Origin: Tetramitus jugosus
Lineage: Eukaryota; Protista; Heterolobosea
Direction: 5' to 3'
NCBI GenBank assembly: GCA_937625935.1
Contig: OW569369.1
Span: forward strand, 1 to 64,000
DNA: 64,000 bases
Shown: in pieces, positions 22,898 through 33,400 of the stretch
Layout of the letters: each line of letters begins with the position of its first letter
How positions within the stretch are numbered: the stretch's first letter is position 1
Made by a program: the position numbers and the translations under genes
The notes under the pieces: generated by a model
Told to the model about the DNA's origin: nothing
What the model saw: only the letters and a program-made list of their open reading frames with translations
Database searches by the model: none

Positions 22898-25099
22898 TTA
22901 GTAATTATATCGATCTCTGGAGTTATTGGGTCGATATCGCCTGGAGTTGTCGGGAGGATATTGAGGAGGATACTGCTCGTCTTGTGGATGTTCATGAGGG
23001 TATCCGTAAGGTCCAGGTGGATATTGAGAGTGACCACGCGGAGGTGGAGCATTGTAGGCTCTATCGTCATGATCAGGATAATTGTAGGATGAGAATGCTT
23101 CTTCAAAATCGGCAGAGAAATCATCTTCATCAAACTGAGGTCTAGGTAGATGTTCTGGGACAGGAGGAGGGACAAATCCGCTTGTATTTCTACTGGTGGT
23201 TGTCGTCTGAGTGACAGTTCTGTGTGCAGGAGTGTTTCTCGAAGACTCAGTGGTTCGGTGTACCGTGACGTTTCGTTGAACTGGAGCTGCATGATGACTG
23301 GTGTGCATGTACTCGTTCATTCTGCCCATCAGTCCCCTGTCGGATTGAATTCCCCCAGTGTTTCTTCTGACTGTAGTGGTTGTAACTGTTGAGCTCTTGG
23401 GTTCATTCATCTCTCTATGTAATCTCATTGCCATTTCGTGATCAGACTCCACAGTTCTCGATTGACGTGTTGGTGCAGCTGATCTTTGACTACTTCTTCC
23501 TTGCTCTACATGTCGGGAAGTTACAGGGGTTGAGCGATGGGTTGATTGGTATTGTTGTGGTTGGGGTTGTCGAGGAGCCGCTGTCGTAGTGGATCGTTGT
23601 GGTTGTTGTTGCTTTGGCTGTGGCTGCACTCCGTAACCTGGTTGCTTCTCAAACTCTCTCTCCGCTTCCAGGTTGTACTTTTCTTGCAATTTTCTTGCAA
23701 TCAGTTCATCTTTCATCGTCTGTGCAGTTGGAGGTCTCACGGGTCTCTTCTCATCTCTTGTCGAGGGTCTCTTCTCTTCATATTCAGTTGGGTTGAACTT
23801 TCTCACATCCACGATACCTTTGGCTGCCCTACGGTCATAATCAAGCATCGTCGTTCTGAGACATAACAAGTAAGTGACCATACTTAGTTCATCTGGTCGA
23901 TCTGTAACATCATCAGAGTCCAACAAATTTGGAATTCCAAAAATCTCCTTGGACCATCCAAGCGCCTTTCGAACTCTATTATGACTCGACTCATTGGGAT
24001 TCAATTTTACAATTGGTCTCATCTTTCTGTCCCATTGCAATCGTTGAACTAGACGAGTCAGGATGTATCCGTCAGAGAAGTCTCCAGTGAAGTTATGAAC
24101 TTGAATCTGGGTCATATGATTAATCCACTTGACCAACTCTTGCTTCTGTGACAAATCTGCATCTCTTTGATATTGTGGTTGCATAAAGAATGGTTGTCTG
24201 AATTGATTCTGTTTCTCCATAGGATCTCTTGAGAGTGTAGGCAGAGCACTCTTGGATGAAGAACCACCAGTAGCTCCTAACCCTGAAGAGGAACCTCTCG
24301 AGGAGGAACCGCCATGACTCATCGATAAGTTGCTCATTCCTTCAACCAGGGAGTCATCATGACCTCCAGCGCCATGAGACGACGAGGAAGAAGCTGAACC
24401 AAACTTGGAGGAATCTCCTCCTCTCATTGTGTTTGAACTGGAGCTCCACCATATGGAATCTTTGTCATTCTTGTCACCAAATGGATTCTCATCAAATCCC
24501 ATGGAAGAGTGGCTCATATTTCTCATATTGTTTTGCAATGCTTGATCAATGAGATCAAAATCTTGTCCAGGAACAGTAGTGCCTCTCTTGTCTCGATCAC
24601 TAGCTCCACTTCGAGAAGCAGTGGAGGCAACAGATGAAGCTGGTTGTGCCATTCTCTTAACTTGTTGTTCGATACGACCAACATCTTGGAAATGACGAAT
24701 AAGTGACCACACTAGACCCAAAATCAGTTTCAAGTTACCATTCACAATTGAGTCAGGACTAATACCGACCAATCGAATTTTCTCGTCATTTTCAATCATA
24801 TCCAAAGCAGTTTGTACATTTTCTATACATTGAATTCTCATGCGCGGATCAGAATTGTATTTTCGATCGGATCCTGAGAGTCCATTGAGTAATCGTACCA
24901 AGTTCTCACCAGTGGCGAAACCAGAGACTAAATCTTTCATGGGAGAAAAACCAAATTTCTTGAGAGTCAAATTACACCAGTTAGTAAAGGTTTTGTGCTG
25001 TGTTTCAATCCAGGCAGAGTCGGACTGGCCAGTCTCTGCCGTTGAGGCACTGCGTCTTCTTTGTTGCAGTTGATCTTGTAGTTGTTGTTGGGAGAACAT
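22898..25099 (-). CDS. Actinin/filamin-type calponin-homology (CH1/CH2) protein with low-complexity tail
   Basis: WIETQHKTFTNWCN, IVNGNLKLILGLVWSLIRHF (CH1); LVKWIN...NFTGDFSDG...PDELSMVTYL (CH2). Confidence 0.85.
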   Translation of the reverse strand: MFSQQQLQDQLQQRRRSASTAETGQSDSAWIETQHKTFTNWCNLTLKKFGFSPMKDLVSGFATGENLVRLLNGLSGSDRKYNSDPRMRIQCIENVQTALDMIENDEKIRLVGISPDSIVNGNLKLILGLVWSLIRHFQDVGRIEQQVKRMAQPASSVASTASRSGASDRDKRGTTVPGQDFDLIDQALQNNMRNMSHSSMGFDENPFGDKNDKDSIWWSSSSNTMRGGDSSKFGSASSSSSHGAGGHDDSLVEGMSNLSMSHGGSSSRGSSSGLGATGGSSSKSALPTLSRDPMEKQNQFRQPFFMQPQYQRDADLSQKQELVKWINHMTQIQVHNFTGDFSDGYILTRLVQRLQWDRKMRPIVKLNPNESSHNRVRKALGWSKEIFGIPNLLDSDDVTDRPDELSMVTYLLCLRTTMLDYDRRAAKGIVDVRKFNPTEYEEKRPSTRDEKRPVRPPTAQTMKDELIARKLQEKYNLEAEREFEKQPGYGVQPQPKQQQPQRSTTTAAPRQPQPQQYQSTHRSTPVTSRHVEQGRSSQRSAAPTRQSRTVESDHEMAMRLHREMNEPKSSTVTTTTVRRNTGGIQSDRGLMGRMNEYMHTSHHAAPVQRNVTVHRTTESSRNTPAHRTVTQTTTTSRNTSGFVPPPVPEHLPRPQFDEDDFSADFEEAFSSYNYPDHDDRAYNAPPPRGHSQYPPGPYGYPHEHPQDEQYPPQYPPDNSRRYRPNNSRDRYNY

Positions 25100-25346
25100 G
25101 AGGGCTAGTTGTGGCTTGGTTTTCTTACCAAATTTCGTGTTCTATGAACCTCAGGAACATAAAAAATACAACCAAGAGCATAAAAAAATAAAGGACTTGT
25201 CTATCATTTTCAAGTGACAAAAATAAGTGAAAATTACGCGGCTTCTTTTTTCGTCTTACTTTTTTCTCCGCAGCGGAACAACTTGCAAACAATTGAAGGT
25301 TCATCAAACAACAGTTCATCATATCCAAACAAAAATCAACAACAAA

Positions 25347-26651
25347 ATGCAATCTACCACCACCATGCTACCCGTCCTACAAAGACTTGCCAAAGTCAAC
25401 ATGAAGAGACTCTTTCCATGCACCACAGCCATTCTCACACCAAAAACCCACAAAAAATCATCTCAACAACAACAATTTTCGCCAAACAACAACAATAGAG
25501 CTTCTTCACCTACTTCGTTGAATGAACCTCTCCAAATTTTTTCTGTCAAATTCTTAAAAGAACAATTGAATAAGAAGAATGTGAATGTGCCTACGCGAGT
25601 ATTCGATGAAATGAACGAAGGTCAAGTCAATCGCCCATTCTATGGCGTATTTCTCTTCACATCAACATCCAATCAATCGAAACAACATGTGAATTGTGTG
25701 ATTGACAGTGGATACAATCCAATATTGAGATGGTTGGAACACTTGGATGAGACAAAAGGAACAACAACGACCACTGCCTCGACAATCAATCAAAGATCAT
25801 CATCATCATCATCACAATTCATCACCAACAATCGACAGAAAAAGGAAAATGTAATGTCAAAGAAGACAACAACACCAAACAGTAACAGACAACAAGAATC
25901 CAAATGGGATTTAGTGGCCGTAGTGTATGGATTTGAAACGAGGATCGAAGCACTGGAGTTTGAATTCTTGTGGAAGAATCCATTGAGAATCACTGGTTCT
26001 AAATCATTTCAGCAAATGATGAAACAACTCAAGATGAGTTCTGAGAATGATTCGGATGAGAAGAGTGGCAGCGGTAACAATGTGATGAACAATATACCTG
26101 CCAAGCTACACGTACTCTTTCATCTTTTGACTGATCCTAGTAGTCGCTTCTATCGACCATTGATGAATCCTGAGGGTAAATCAATTTTGCACGTACGATT
26201 CCTTTCAGAGACATGCGAGGGGATTGCACGAGAGTATCAATTCCCTATTGATAAATGTTTGAATCATATTGTTTCATGTTCAGCAGAACAAATGCAAGAA
26301 CATGTGCTTGTCGCGTTGAACACTGAACCACTGATATGGAACCATCAGCAACAACAGCAACAACAAACATCATCGCCTCCAGCTTTCGACCAACCAGTCA
26401 AGCAATTTGGTGCTCCTCGAACACAACAAGCATTGACCCAAGAGATCAACACACCATCAACTCAAGTCAATCTAGGACGTAAAGAGCCTTTTTCTCCAAG
26501 ACTCAAGCAATTTGATGACAAGGAAGCCAAGAAGAACGCAGAAGTCGTTCGTGTGCCAAAGATTGTCATTTCAGCAGATGGCAAAATCAAGAAGGTACTG
26601 GAACCTGCAAAGCCCGCCAAAAAAATATCGGTAAAGTCGTCAAAAAAATAG
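25347..26651 (+). CDS. SLX1-like GIY-YIG domain protein (degenerate motifs)
   Basis: FYGVFLFTS, NPILRWLEH, WDLVAVVYGF..RIEALEFEFLWKNP resemble SLX1; the YIG motif is replaced by IDSG. Confidence 0.65.
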   Translation: MQSTTTMLPVLQRLAKVNMKRLFPCTTAILTPKTHKKSSQQQQFSPNNNNRASSPTSLNEPLQIFSVKFLKEQLNKKNVNVPTRVFDEMNEGQVNRPFYGVFLFTSTSNQSKQHVNCVIDSGYNPILRWLEHLDETKGTTTTTASTINQRSSSSSSQFITNNRQKKENVMSKKTTTPNSNRQQESKWDLVAVVYGFETRIEALEFEFLWKNPLRITGSKSFQQMMKQLKMSSENDSDEKSGSGNNVMNNIPAKLHVLFHLLTDPSSRFYRPLMNPEGKSILHVRFLSETCEGIAREYQFPIDKCLNHIVSCSAEQMQEHVLVALNTEPLIWNHQQQQQQQTSSPPAFDQPVKQFGAPRTQQALTQEINTPSTQVNLGRKEPFSPRLKQFDDKEAKKNAEVVRVPKIVISADGKIKKVLEPAKPAKKISVKSSKK

Positions 26652-26721
26652 ACAAAATACAAAACAACAAGTCAAACAACCGCAGACACATTGCATTGGA
26701 TATCTGAGTGGCTCACTAGAA

Positions 26722-29700
26722 ATGTCTTCAAACAACAACTACAATGCCCGTCGCCCACCATTCCTCAACAACTCCCAAACAGCATCAACAACAACATCAG
26801 TCAGTGGCGGACAACAGAGAACAATCAATCAATTTTTTACGCCAAAGAAGAATGCAGACACAAGCATTGGGAGTCAACCAACACCTACTCAATCAATGAA
26901 TGACGACGATGAAGAGTTGACTGCTGAAGAATTGGAACGCATGGAAAGGAATAAAAGAGAAGCAGAGTTGCGCAGATCATCTCTCGCCGCTTCTTTATCC
27001 GCAAAGAAGCCGTTTGTCGGGGTTGGCACGAGCAATGCATTCCAAGCCTTTGCTCAAAAACGAAAGAGAATGGTGGATGATGATGAAAATGATGCCGATG
27101 GTCATACCAACAATAGTGACACTAAGAGAATGAGAGTTTCATCATCGAGCATGAGCTCCGATGTCAGTACTCTAAAGACTCCCAGTACTCCACTGTTGAA
27201 CCGTGGGAAGCAACAGTCATCTGCTGGGACAAAATCAGTCACTCGTCAACCAGTGTTGCCATCTCCTCAGCAAAACAACAAAAAGAATGCAACAACTAAG
27301 AAGAAGGAAGTGGACAATGATTACGAAGATGCAGAAGATGATGAAGATGAAGATGCGGAAGAGCGACAGAAGCCTGCTTCTACATCATCCACGAGAAGAG
27401 GTGCCACTTCAAAGCCCAATGCATTTGCCAGAGCAAAACAAAAGAGGGATGAAGAGGAGAGACATACTTGGTTGATGGAGAGTGAAATCAGAGACAAGGA
27501 ACAACGAAAAAAGGACCACCCTGACTATGATCCATCGACTCTGTATATTCCTGCAGCTGGACTCTCGGAGATGACTCCTTTTGAAAAACAGTACTGGGAA
27601 GTGAAGAAGGAGAATTGGGACACTGTCATCTTCTTTAAGAAGGGAAAGTTTTATGAATTGTATGAAAAAGATGCCTATTTGGGAAAGGAATTATTTGATT
27701 TGAAGATGACTGAGAGAGTGAATATGCCCATGGTGGGAGTACCCGAGGGATCGTTCCAACATTGGGCTTCCAAATTTATCGCTGCTGGATTCAAGTTGGC
27801 TCGTGTCGAACAAATGGAAACACCAGACGAGGTGAAGAAGCGAAATAAGGGAAAGAAGCAAGCAAAGAATGCCACAAGTAGAGTGGTCAGTAGAGAAATT
27901 GTTGAAATTATTACGCCTGGCACAATCAGAGACAATGACATGATTATGGATTATAACAGTCCTTATTTACTGTCCATTCGCGAGAATCAGGTTGCCAGTA
28001 GCTTTGGCATTAGTTTCTCTGATGTCTCCACTGGTAGAATATTCCTGACATTTATTGAACGAGATGATGCTGGTTTTACTGGATTGGAAACTGTATTGCA
28101 GCAAATTCAGCCACGAGAAATTTTATTCGAGAAAGGAAATTTGTCCAAGCAAACTCTCCATATTATCAAACAAAAGTTGAATATCAGTGCCAAACTCACA
28201 CCTATAGCTTCAAAAGAGTATTATGATGCCTCTGCGGTAGTGCAACAGATTGAGGACGGTGAATATTTTGAACAATCTGAATGGCCAGAAGCACTGAACG
28301 AGTTTAGAGAGAACGAAATTGTGTTGTGTTCTTTTGGTGGTTTGTTGTTCCATTTGAAGAAGGTAATGCTTGACTCAGATGTACTCACAATGGGCAATAT
28401 TAAGAAATATGAGCCAAATGAGCACGCATCTACCATGATTATTGATGGTCAAACTCTAGCAAATCTTGAAATTCTATGTAACAATCGCGATAATACCCGT
28501 AAGGGATCGCTTATTGAACATTTGGACAGATGTCTAACACCATTCGGTAAGAGATTATTTAGAAAGTGGATATGTGCTCCACTTCGACGAATAGAAGATA
28601 TTAATGCAAGATTAGACGCTCTGGAAGATCTTCACCGAGTCTCAGAAGCAAAGGATGAGGTTCGACCACTATTGAAACAGATTCCTGATTTAGAGAGAAT
28701 GTTAGCCAAACTACACAGTGAAAGTAGAATTGAAAAGGATGCAGTTTATTTCGATGTGAAGACCGATAAGAGGAAAATCGATATGTTTTTGGGGACATTG
28801 GATGGCTTCAAAAAAATTAACAACATCTCAAAGCGAATGAACCAGTTGATCAATGAGTTTGAAACAGATATAATGAAAGATTTCTCACAGATTGTGTCAG
28901 TATCAGATGTGAATGATATTCCAGATCATGGTTTTCCAGATATCGATGATTTATTGAATCACTTCGATGGTGCATTTGATCACAAGATTGCCAAAGAACA
29001 ATATATTATCTGTCCTAACGAGGGTGAAGATGAGGAATACGATAAAGTTGTGCAACTGATCAAAAAAACCGAAGCAGAATTTGAGGAAGAATTGAAGAAG
29101 GCGAGGAAGTTACTCAAGTGTGCGAGTGCACAATACAAGCACTTGCAAAAGGATACATATCAAATCGAAGTTCCAAACAATGTAAAGGTACCAGACACGT
29201 TCACAGTGGTTACTAAAACTAGCAAGATGAATAGATACTATACTCCTTGGATTCGAGAGAATTTATCCAAATTGCAAGAACTTGAGTCCCAAAAGGAAGA
29301 AGTTTTGAGACGTCAAATGAAGCGAATGTTCAAGAAGTTTGACGCTTATTACAAGATATGGGCTCGTGCAATCGAATACTGCGCAGAATTAGATTGTCTA
29401 TTTAGCTTGTCATTGACCAGTTTCGAATCTCATTTACCTATGGTCAGGCCATCGTTCGTCAACAGTAGAAGACCAGTGTTTGACATCAAACAAATGATTC
29501 ATCCCTGTGTAAGCTCGCCTAACGCAAGCACACCCATTCAACCAAATGACACTTTACTTGGAGGTCTTAATCATCCTTGTTGTGCTGTAGTTACAGGACC
29601 AAATATGGGAGGTAAATCGACTCTGCTCAGACAAAACTGTATAGCAATTATCATGGCTCAGGTCGGATGCTATGTGTCAGCTCAAGAGTTTACCTTGAGT

Positions 29701-30348
29701 CCTGTTGACAGAATTTTTACCAGAATTGGAGCAAATGATAAAATCATGGCAGGTGAGAGCACATTTATGGTTGAGTTGAATGAAACATCAAACATTATCA
29801 ACAATGCCACTCGTAATAGCTTTGTCATCCTGGATGAAATGGGTCGTGGAACAAGTACCTTTGATGGACTTTCAATGGCTTTTAGTGTTGTTCAATATCT
29901 CGCAGAGAAAACTCAATGCAGAACACTCTTCAGCACACATTATTACAACTTGACAGAGCAATTGAAGTTCCATCCACTCATTGCAATGTACCAGATGGAG
30001 TGTCACGTCAATCCTGAGAACAAGAAAGACATTACTTTCTTGTACAAGTACTCTCCAGGAGTTTGCCCAAAGAGTTATGGAATGAACGTGGCCAGCATGG
30101 CTGGTGTAGACTCAAAGATTGTTGACCGTGCGTCACAAATTGCAGAGATGTTCGAACAAAACCTGGAGAAACAATCGAATGGAACTGTGGTCGACAGTTC
30201 TCGTATCAGCAGAGAACAAACCCAGCGATTCTTAAATCTTAATGTATTGCTGCACGATGATCAGAATAATGCCAATGATTTGCGTGCACGACTTCGTAAG
30301 CTACAGAGTGGTTCTCTAGCTGAATTAACTTCTTTCCTATCTCAATAA
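26722..30348 (+). CDS. MSH6: DNA mismatch repair protein MSH6
   Basis: DYDPSTLYIP, FFKKGKFYELYE, GPNMGGKSTLLRQ, DEMGRGTSTFDG, STHY; long disordered N-terminus with PIP-like QRTINQFF. Confidence 0.96.
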   Translation: MSSNNNYNARRPPFLNNSQTASTTTSVSGGQQRTINQFFTPKKNADTSIGSQPTPTQSMNDDDEELTAEELERMERNKREAELRRSSLAASLSAKKPFVGVGTSNAFQAFAQKRKRMVDDDENDADGHTNNSDTKRMRVSSSSMSSDVSTLKTPSTPLLNRGKQQSSAGTKSVTRQPVLPSPQQNNKKNATTKKKEVDNDYEDAEDDEDEDAEERQKPASTSSTRRGATSKPNAFARAKQKRDEEERHTWLMESEIRDKEQRKKDHPDYDPSTLYIPAAGLSEMTPFEKQYWEVKKENWDTVIFFKKGKFYELYEKDAYLGKELFDLKMTERVNMPMVGVPEGSFQHWASKFIAAGFKLARVEQMETPDEVKKRNKGKKQAKNATSRVVSREIVEIITPGTIRDNDMIMDYNSPYLLSIRENQVASSFGISFSDVSTGRIFLTFIERDDAGFTGLETVLQQIQPREILFEKGNLSKQTLHIIKQKLNISAKLTPIASKEYYDASAVVQQIEDGEYFEQSEWPEALNEFRENEIVLCSFGGLLFHLKKVMLDSDVLTMGNIKKYEPNEHASTMIIDGQTLANLEILCNNRDNTRKGSLIEHLDRCLTPFGKRLFRKWICAPLRRIEDINARLDALEDLHRVSEAKDEVRPLLKQIPDLERMLAKLHSESRIEKDAVYFDVKTDKRKIDMFLGTLDGFKKINNISKRMNQLINEFETDIMKDFSQIVSVSDVNDIPDHGFPDIDDLLNHFDGAFDHKIAKEQYIICPNEGEDEEYDKVVQLIKKTEAEFEEELKKARKLLKCASAQYKHLQKDTYQIEVPNNVKVPDTFTVVTKTSKMNRYYTPWIRENLSKLQELESQKEEVLRRQMKRMFKKFDAYYKIWARAIEYCAELDCLFSLSLTSFESHLPMVRPSFVNSRRPVFDIKQMIHPCVSSPNASTPIQPNDTLLGGLNHPCCAVVTGPNMGGKSTLLRQNCIAIIMAQVGCYVSAQEFTLSPVDRIFTRIGANDKIMAGESTFMVELNETSNIINNATRNSFVILDEMGRGTSTFDGLSMAFSVVQYLAEKTQCRTLFSTHYYNLTEQLKFHPLIAMYQMECHVNPENKKDITFLYKYSPGVCPKSYGMNVASMAGVDSKIVDRASQIAEMFEQNLEKQSNGTVVDSSRISREQTQRFLNLNVLLHDDQNNANDLRARLRKLQSGSLAELTSFLSQ

Positions 30349-30403
30349 TTGTCATCGAGAGTTGTAGGGAGGACAGTGAATAAAAGTATTTATTGTTGAC
30401 AAA

Positions 30404-33400
30404 CTATCTGGGACTGTACATTCCCAATTTAGTACCGAATTGCAGTTTGAGTCTCTTCTGTTGTGTGAAGTACTTCTTTCTCATTCTAATCTTGGCCAGT
30501 TCATCAATCAGCACCACAATCGGTGGAGGCAGCAATACAATTAAGTATGCATAGAATGGATAGTGGGGGAATTTGACTGGTGAGAGATGGTGCTGAACAC
30601 TGATACAAGCGACAAAGCTGAATATGAACTGCAAAATGAGAATCAGAGGCATCACAACCATCCACAGAATATTTCTGTAGAGACGAACCGTGAATATGGA
30701 GTACACTCTGTGCAGGAAGCAGATCGAAATAAATATTAGGTAGAACACAACCACAAACAAGGTAATGTTCTGTGCGTAGGTCACAGCCGCCAAGAATTCA
30801 TGCGTTCGGTATAGTCCGGTACTTTGTCTGACACCCGTACCAAATATCTTCCAATTAACACCGACGGCTGGTCTCATGCTAAACAATGTCCACACATAAA
30901 CTACAAAGGCGATTGGTATTGGGAGTAAAAATCGCAAGTAGTTGTGTAGAAAGAGACGGAAACTCTTTCCCTTATTCAATATGTTCTTCGATGAAATGGT
31001 GTCCATGATCTTGGGTTCAATAGGATTACCCATGAGCGCCAATGAGAATAATGGAAGGATTACAAACATCATCCATAAACACTGTACGCCCGTAAATATC
31101 GTACTGGGTAGAAACACCATTTGGGATAGCACCTGAATAGTCAATAAACATAAATTAGAGCACATGAGAAACAAGAGAGCTTGTTTCAGGTTTGCAATAT
31201 TTCTTCTTCCCTCTTTGATCAGGTGGAATAGAATTGGAAAGGTAGCGGTCAACTGTTCATTTTGAGGATTCGATTTGATCTGGAATGCTGATGGAAATGA
31301 AAACAAGCTAGAATAATCCTCCTGGAAATCATTCTCTTCTTGTTGTCCGTTGGCATCATAAATATTATTCATACTGGACATGTGTTGCTCGCTAGATGGA
31401 TCAACAGAGATACACACATTGCTCTGCGTTAATACTGGAATATTGTCAACAGCAATTGATGATCCAACACAGCAAACAACTTCGTGATTCTCTTGCAATA
31501 TTGAAACCATCTGTGATGTGCTCTCCGGTGTTGCATCACTGAATAAACTCACGAGTAGAGGCACATTATCAGTCATTTTGATATGCTCTCGAATACCAGC
31601 TATACCATGCGGTAATCGAGCACGCAAATCAGACTCATCAAGATCCACTTCATTCTCCGCTAAGGAGATACAACTATTCCAATCAGTTTCCATGCCCAAC
31701 TTTGCTCCAAACGCTTTGGTTTTTTGACTGTTGTGAGTCGAGAAGAAGATGAATCTGATTCCAGAGTCGTTTTCAAGATCTCTGATAAAATCTGGTAGGT
31801 TTGCCTTTGGCTGTTGTCTAAACGCAGCCATACCCAAAAAGATTTGACCACACTGCATCGCATTAAACTTCTGCGCTGGTGTCTTATTGTCTTGACGAAC
31901 AGAATCAATATTGCTGTCTGTTTTCACACCATCGTTATCAATATCTGTAGCTGCATTAACATTGTCGTCCAAATTAGCATCGAAATTAGCGTCAGCATCT
32001 CTAATGTTAATCACATCTTCGCTCTGGTGCTGAACTATCAATGTTGAGTACTTGTTATCGATTGGCTTGTAGGCAATCGCTAAAACATACAAGTCTCTTC
32101 GCTTGGACCACTGTGTAAACGTGTGCTGAATATGATTCTTCACTCCCTGTGTGATTGGCCGAATGTCACTTCCATCCCAAAAATCTGAGCAATAATCAAC
32201 GAGTAAATCAGGATGGCCGAAAGACTGAATTTGCATTCCACTGCCTTCATACTCAACAATGACAGAGGACATTTCTCTCTTCCCTCTCTGGGTATGAATT
32301 CTCTTTCGGAAAGAGAAGGATTCCAGCACGTCATCAGAAAATCCAATTTCCTTTCCCAGAAGATAGACATACTTTTGCCATAAATGACTCTTTGCGTCTA
32401 TCATTCCCTCTACTTGATCGAAATCAGGCAACTTTGAACGACCAGTAATCAAAAAGTTAAGGCCCAAAGGCTTGAGCAGATCGAGATGTCTTCTCCAATC
32501 AGTATCCTCGAATTTGATGACACAACTTTCATCTGAAGTCTCACGATCAAACATTAAATCTAGTGTGACATAATTTGGACCGAATAATCGCGAACAGTCA
32601 GAAGGAGTTGGCGATTGAGGAATTTCAGCATTTGGATCATTTGGATCGAGCAGATAGGCACCCTCATTTTCCATCTCGTGATCAAAGTTCTGTCCAATCT
32701 CTCCTTGATCAATCATTCCTTGTTCGGGATTAAAATCTTGTTCATATTGCTCCAGTGCTTCTTCATTTCCATGTTGATTCTCGTACTCCAAGTTTTCTTG
32801 TGGTTGAAATCCAAAGTCAGTATCAAGTGCATCTTCTTGATTCACATGTTGATGTTCTTCATAAAACTCACTATGTGTCACAATCTGTTCGTCATTTTGT
32901 TCAACAGCTCCATCATATATCACTTCACTCTCATAATTGGTATCGTCTGGATTCCTCTCATAGTTATCTTGGATGAATCCGTCTTGTCCACCATCAACAT
33001 CATACTGTCCATAATTATCATTATTATAGCCATCTTGGTAATCATCAACCATGCCGCCATCCAGGTAAACAGTCTCAGGCATTGTATTTTCAACCCCATA
33101 ATCATCTATGCCAGGTCTGACGGCTTCACTATCATCATTCACTTCCGCATTGTTGCCTGTAGTGATAAGCAACAACTTTTCTGGTGCGTAAAGCAAATCT
33201 GCCAGCACTCCATTCTTGTTGACAAAGCATAATGCAGTTACAGACCCGAGAGCCAAAACACTATCGTAAGATAGAGCTTTGTGAAGTAAAATCCGGAAGA
33301 AATTTTTCATAAATGACGATATAGGAATGGGAACGGGCTTATGCTTCTTGTCAGGCTCCATACAGCTGTACTGCTCTCTCCGTGTTAGACCAGAGCTGCT

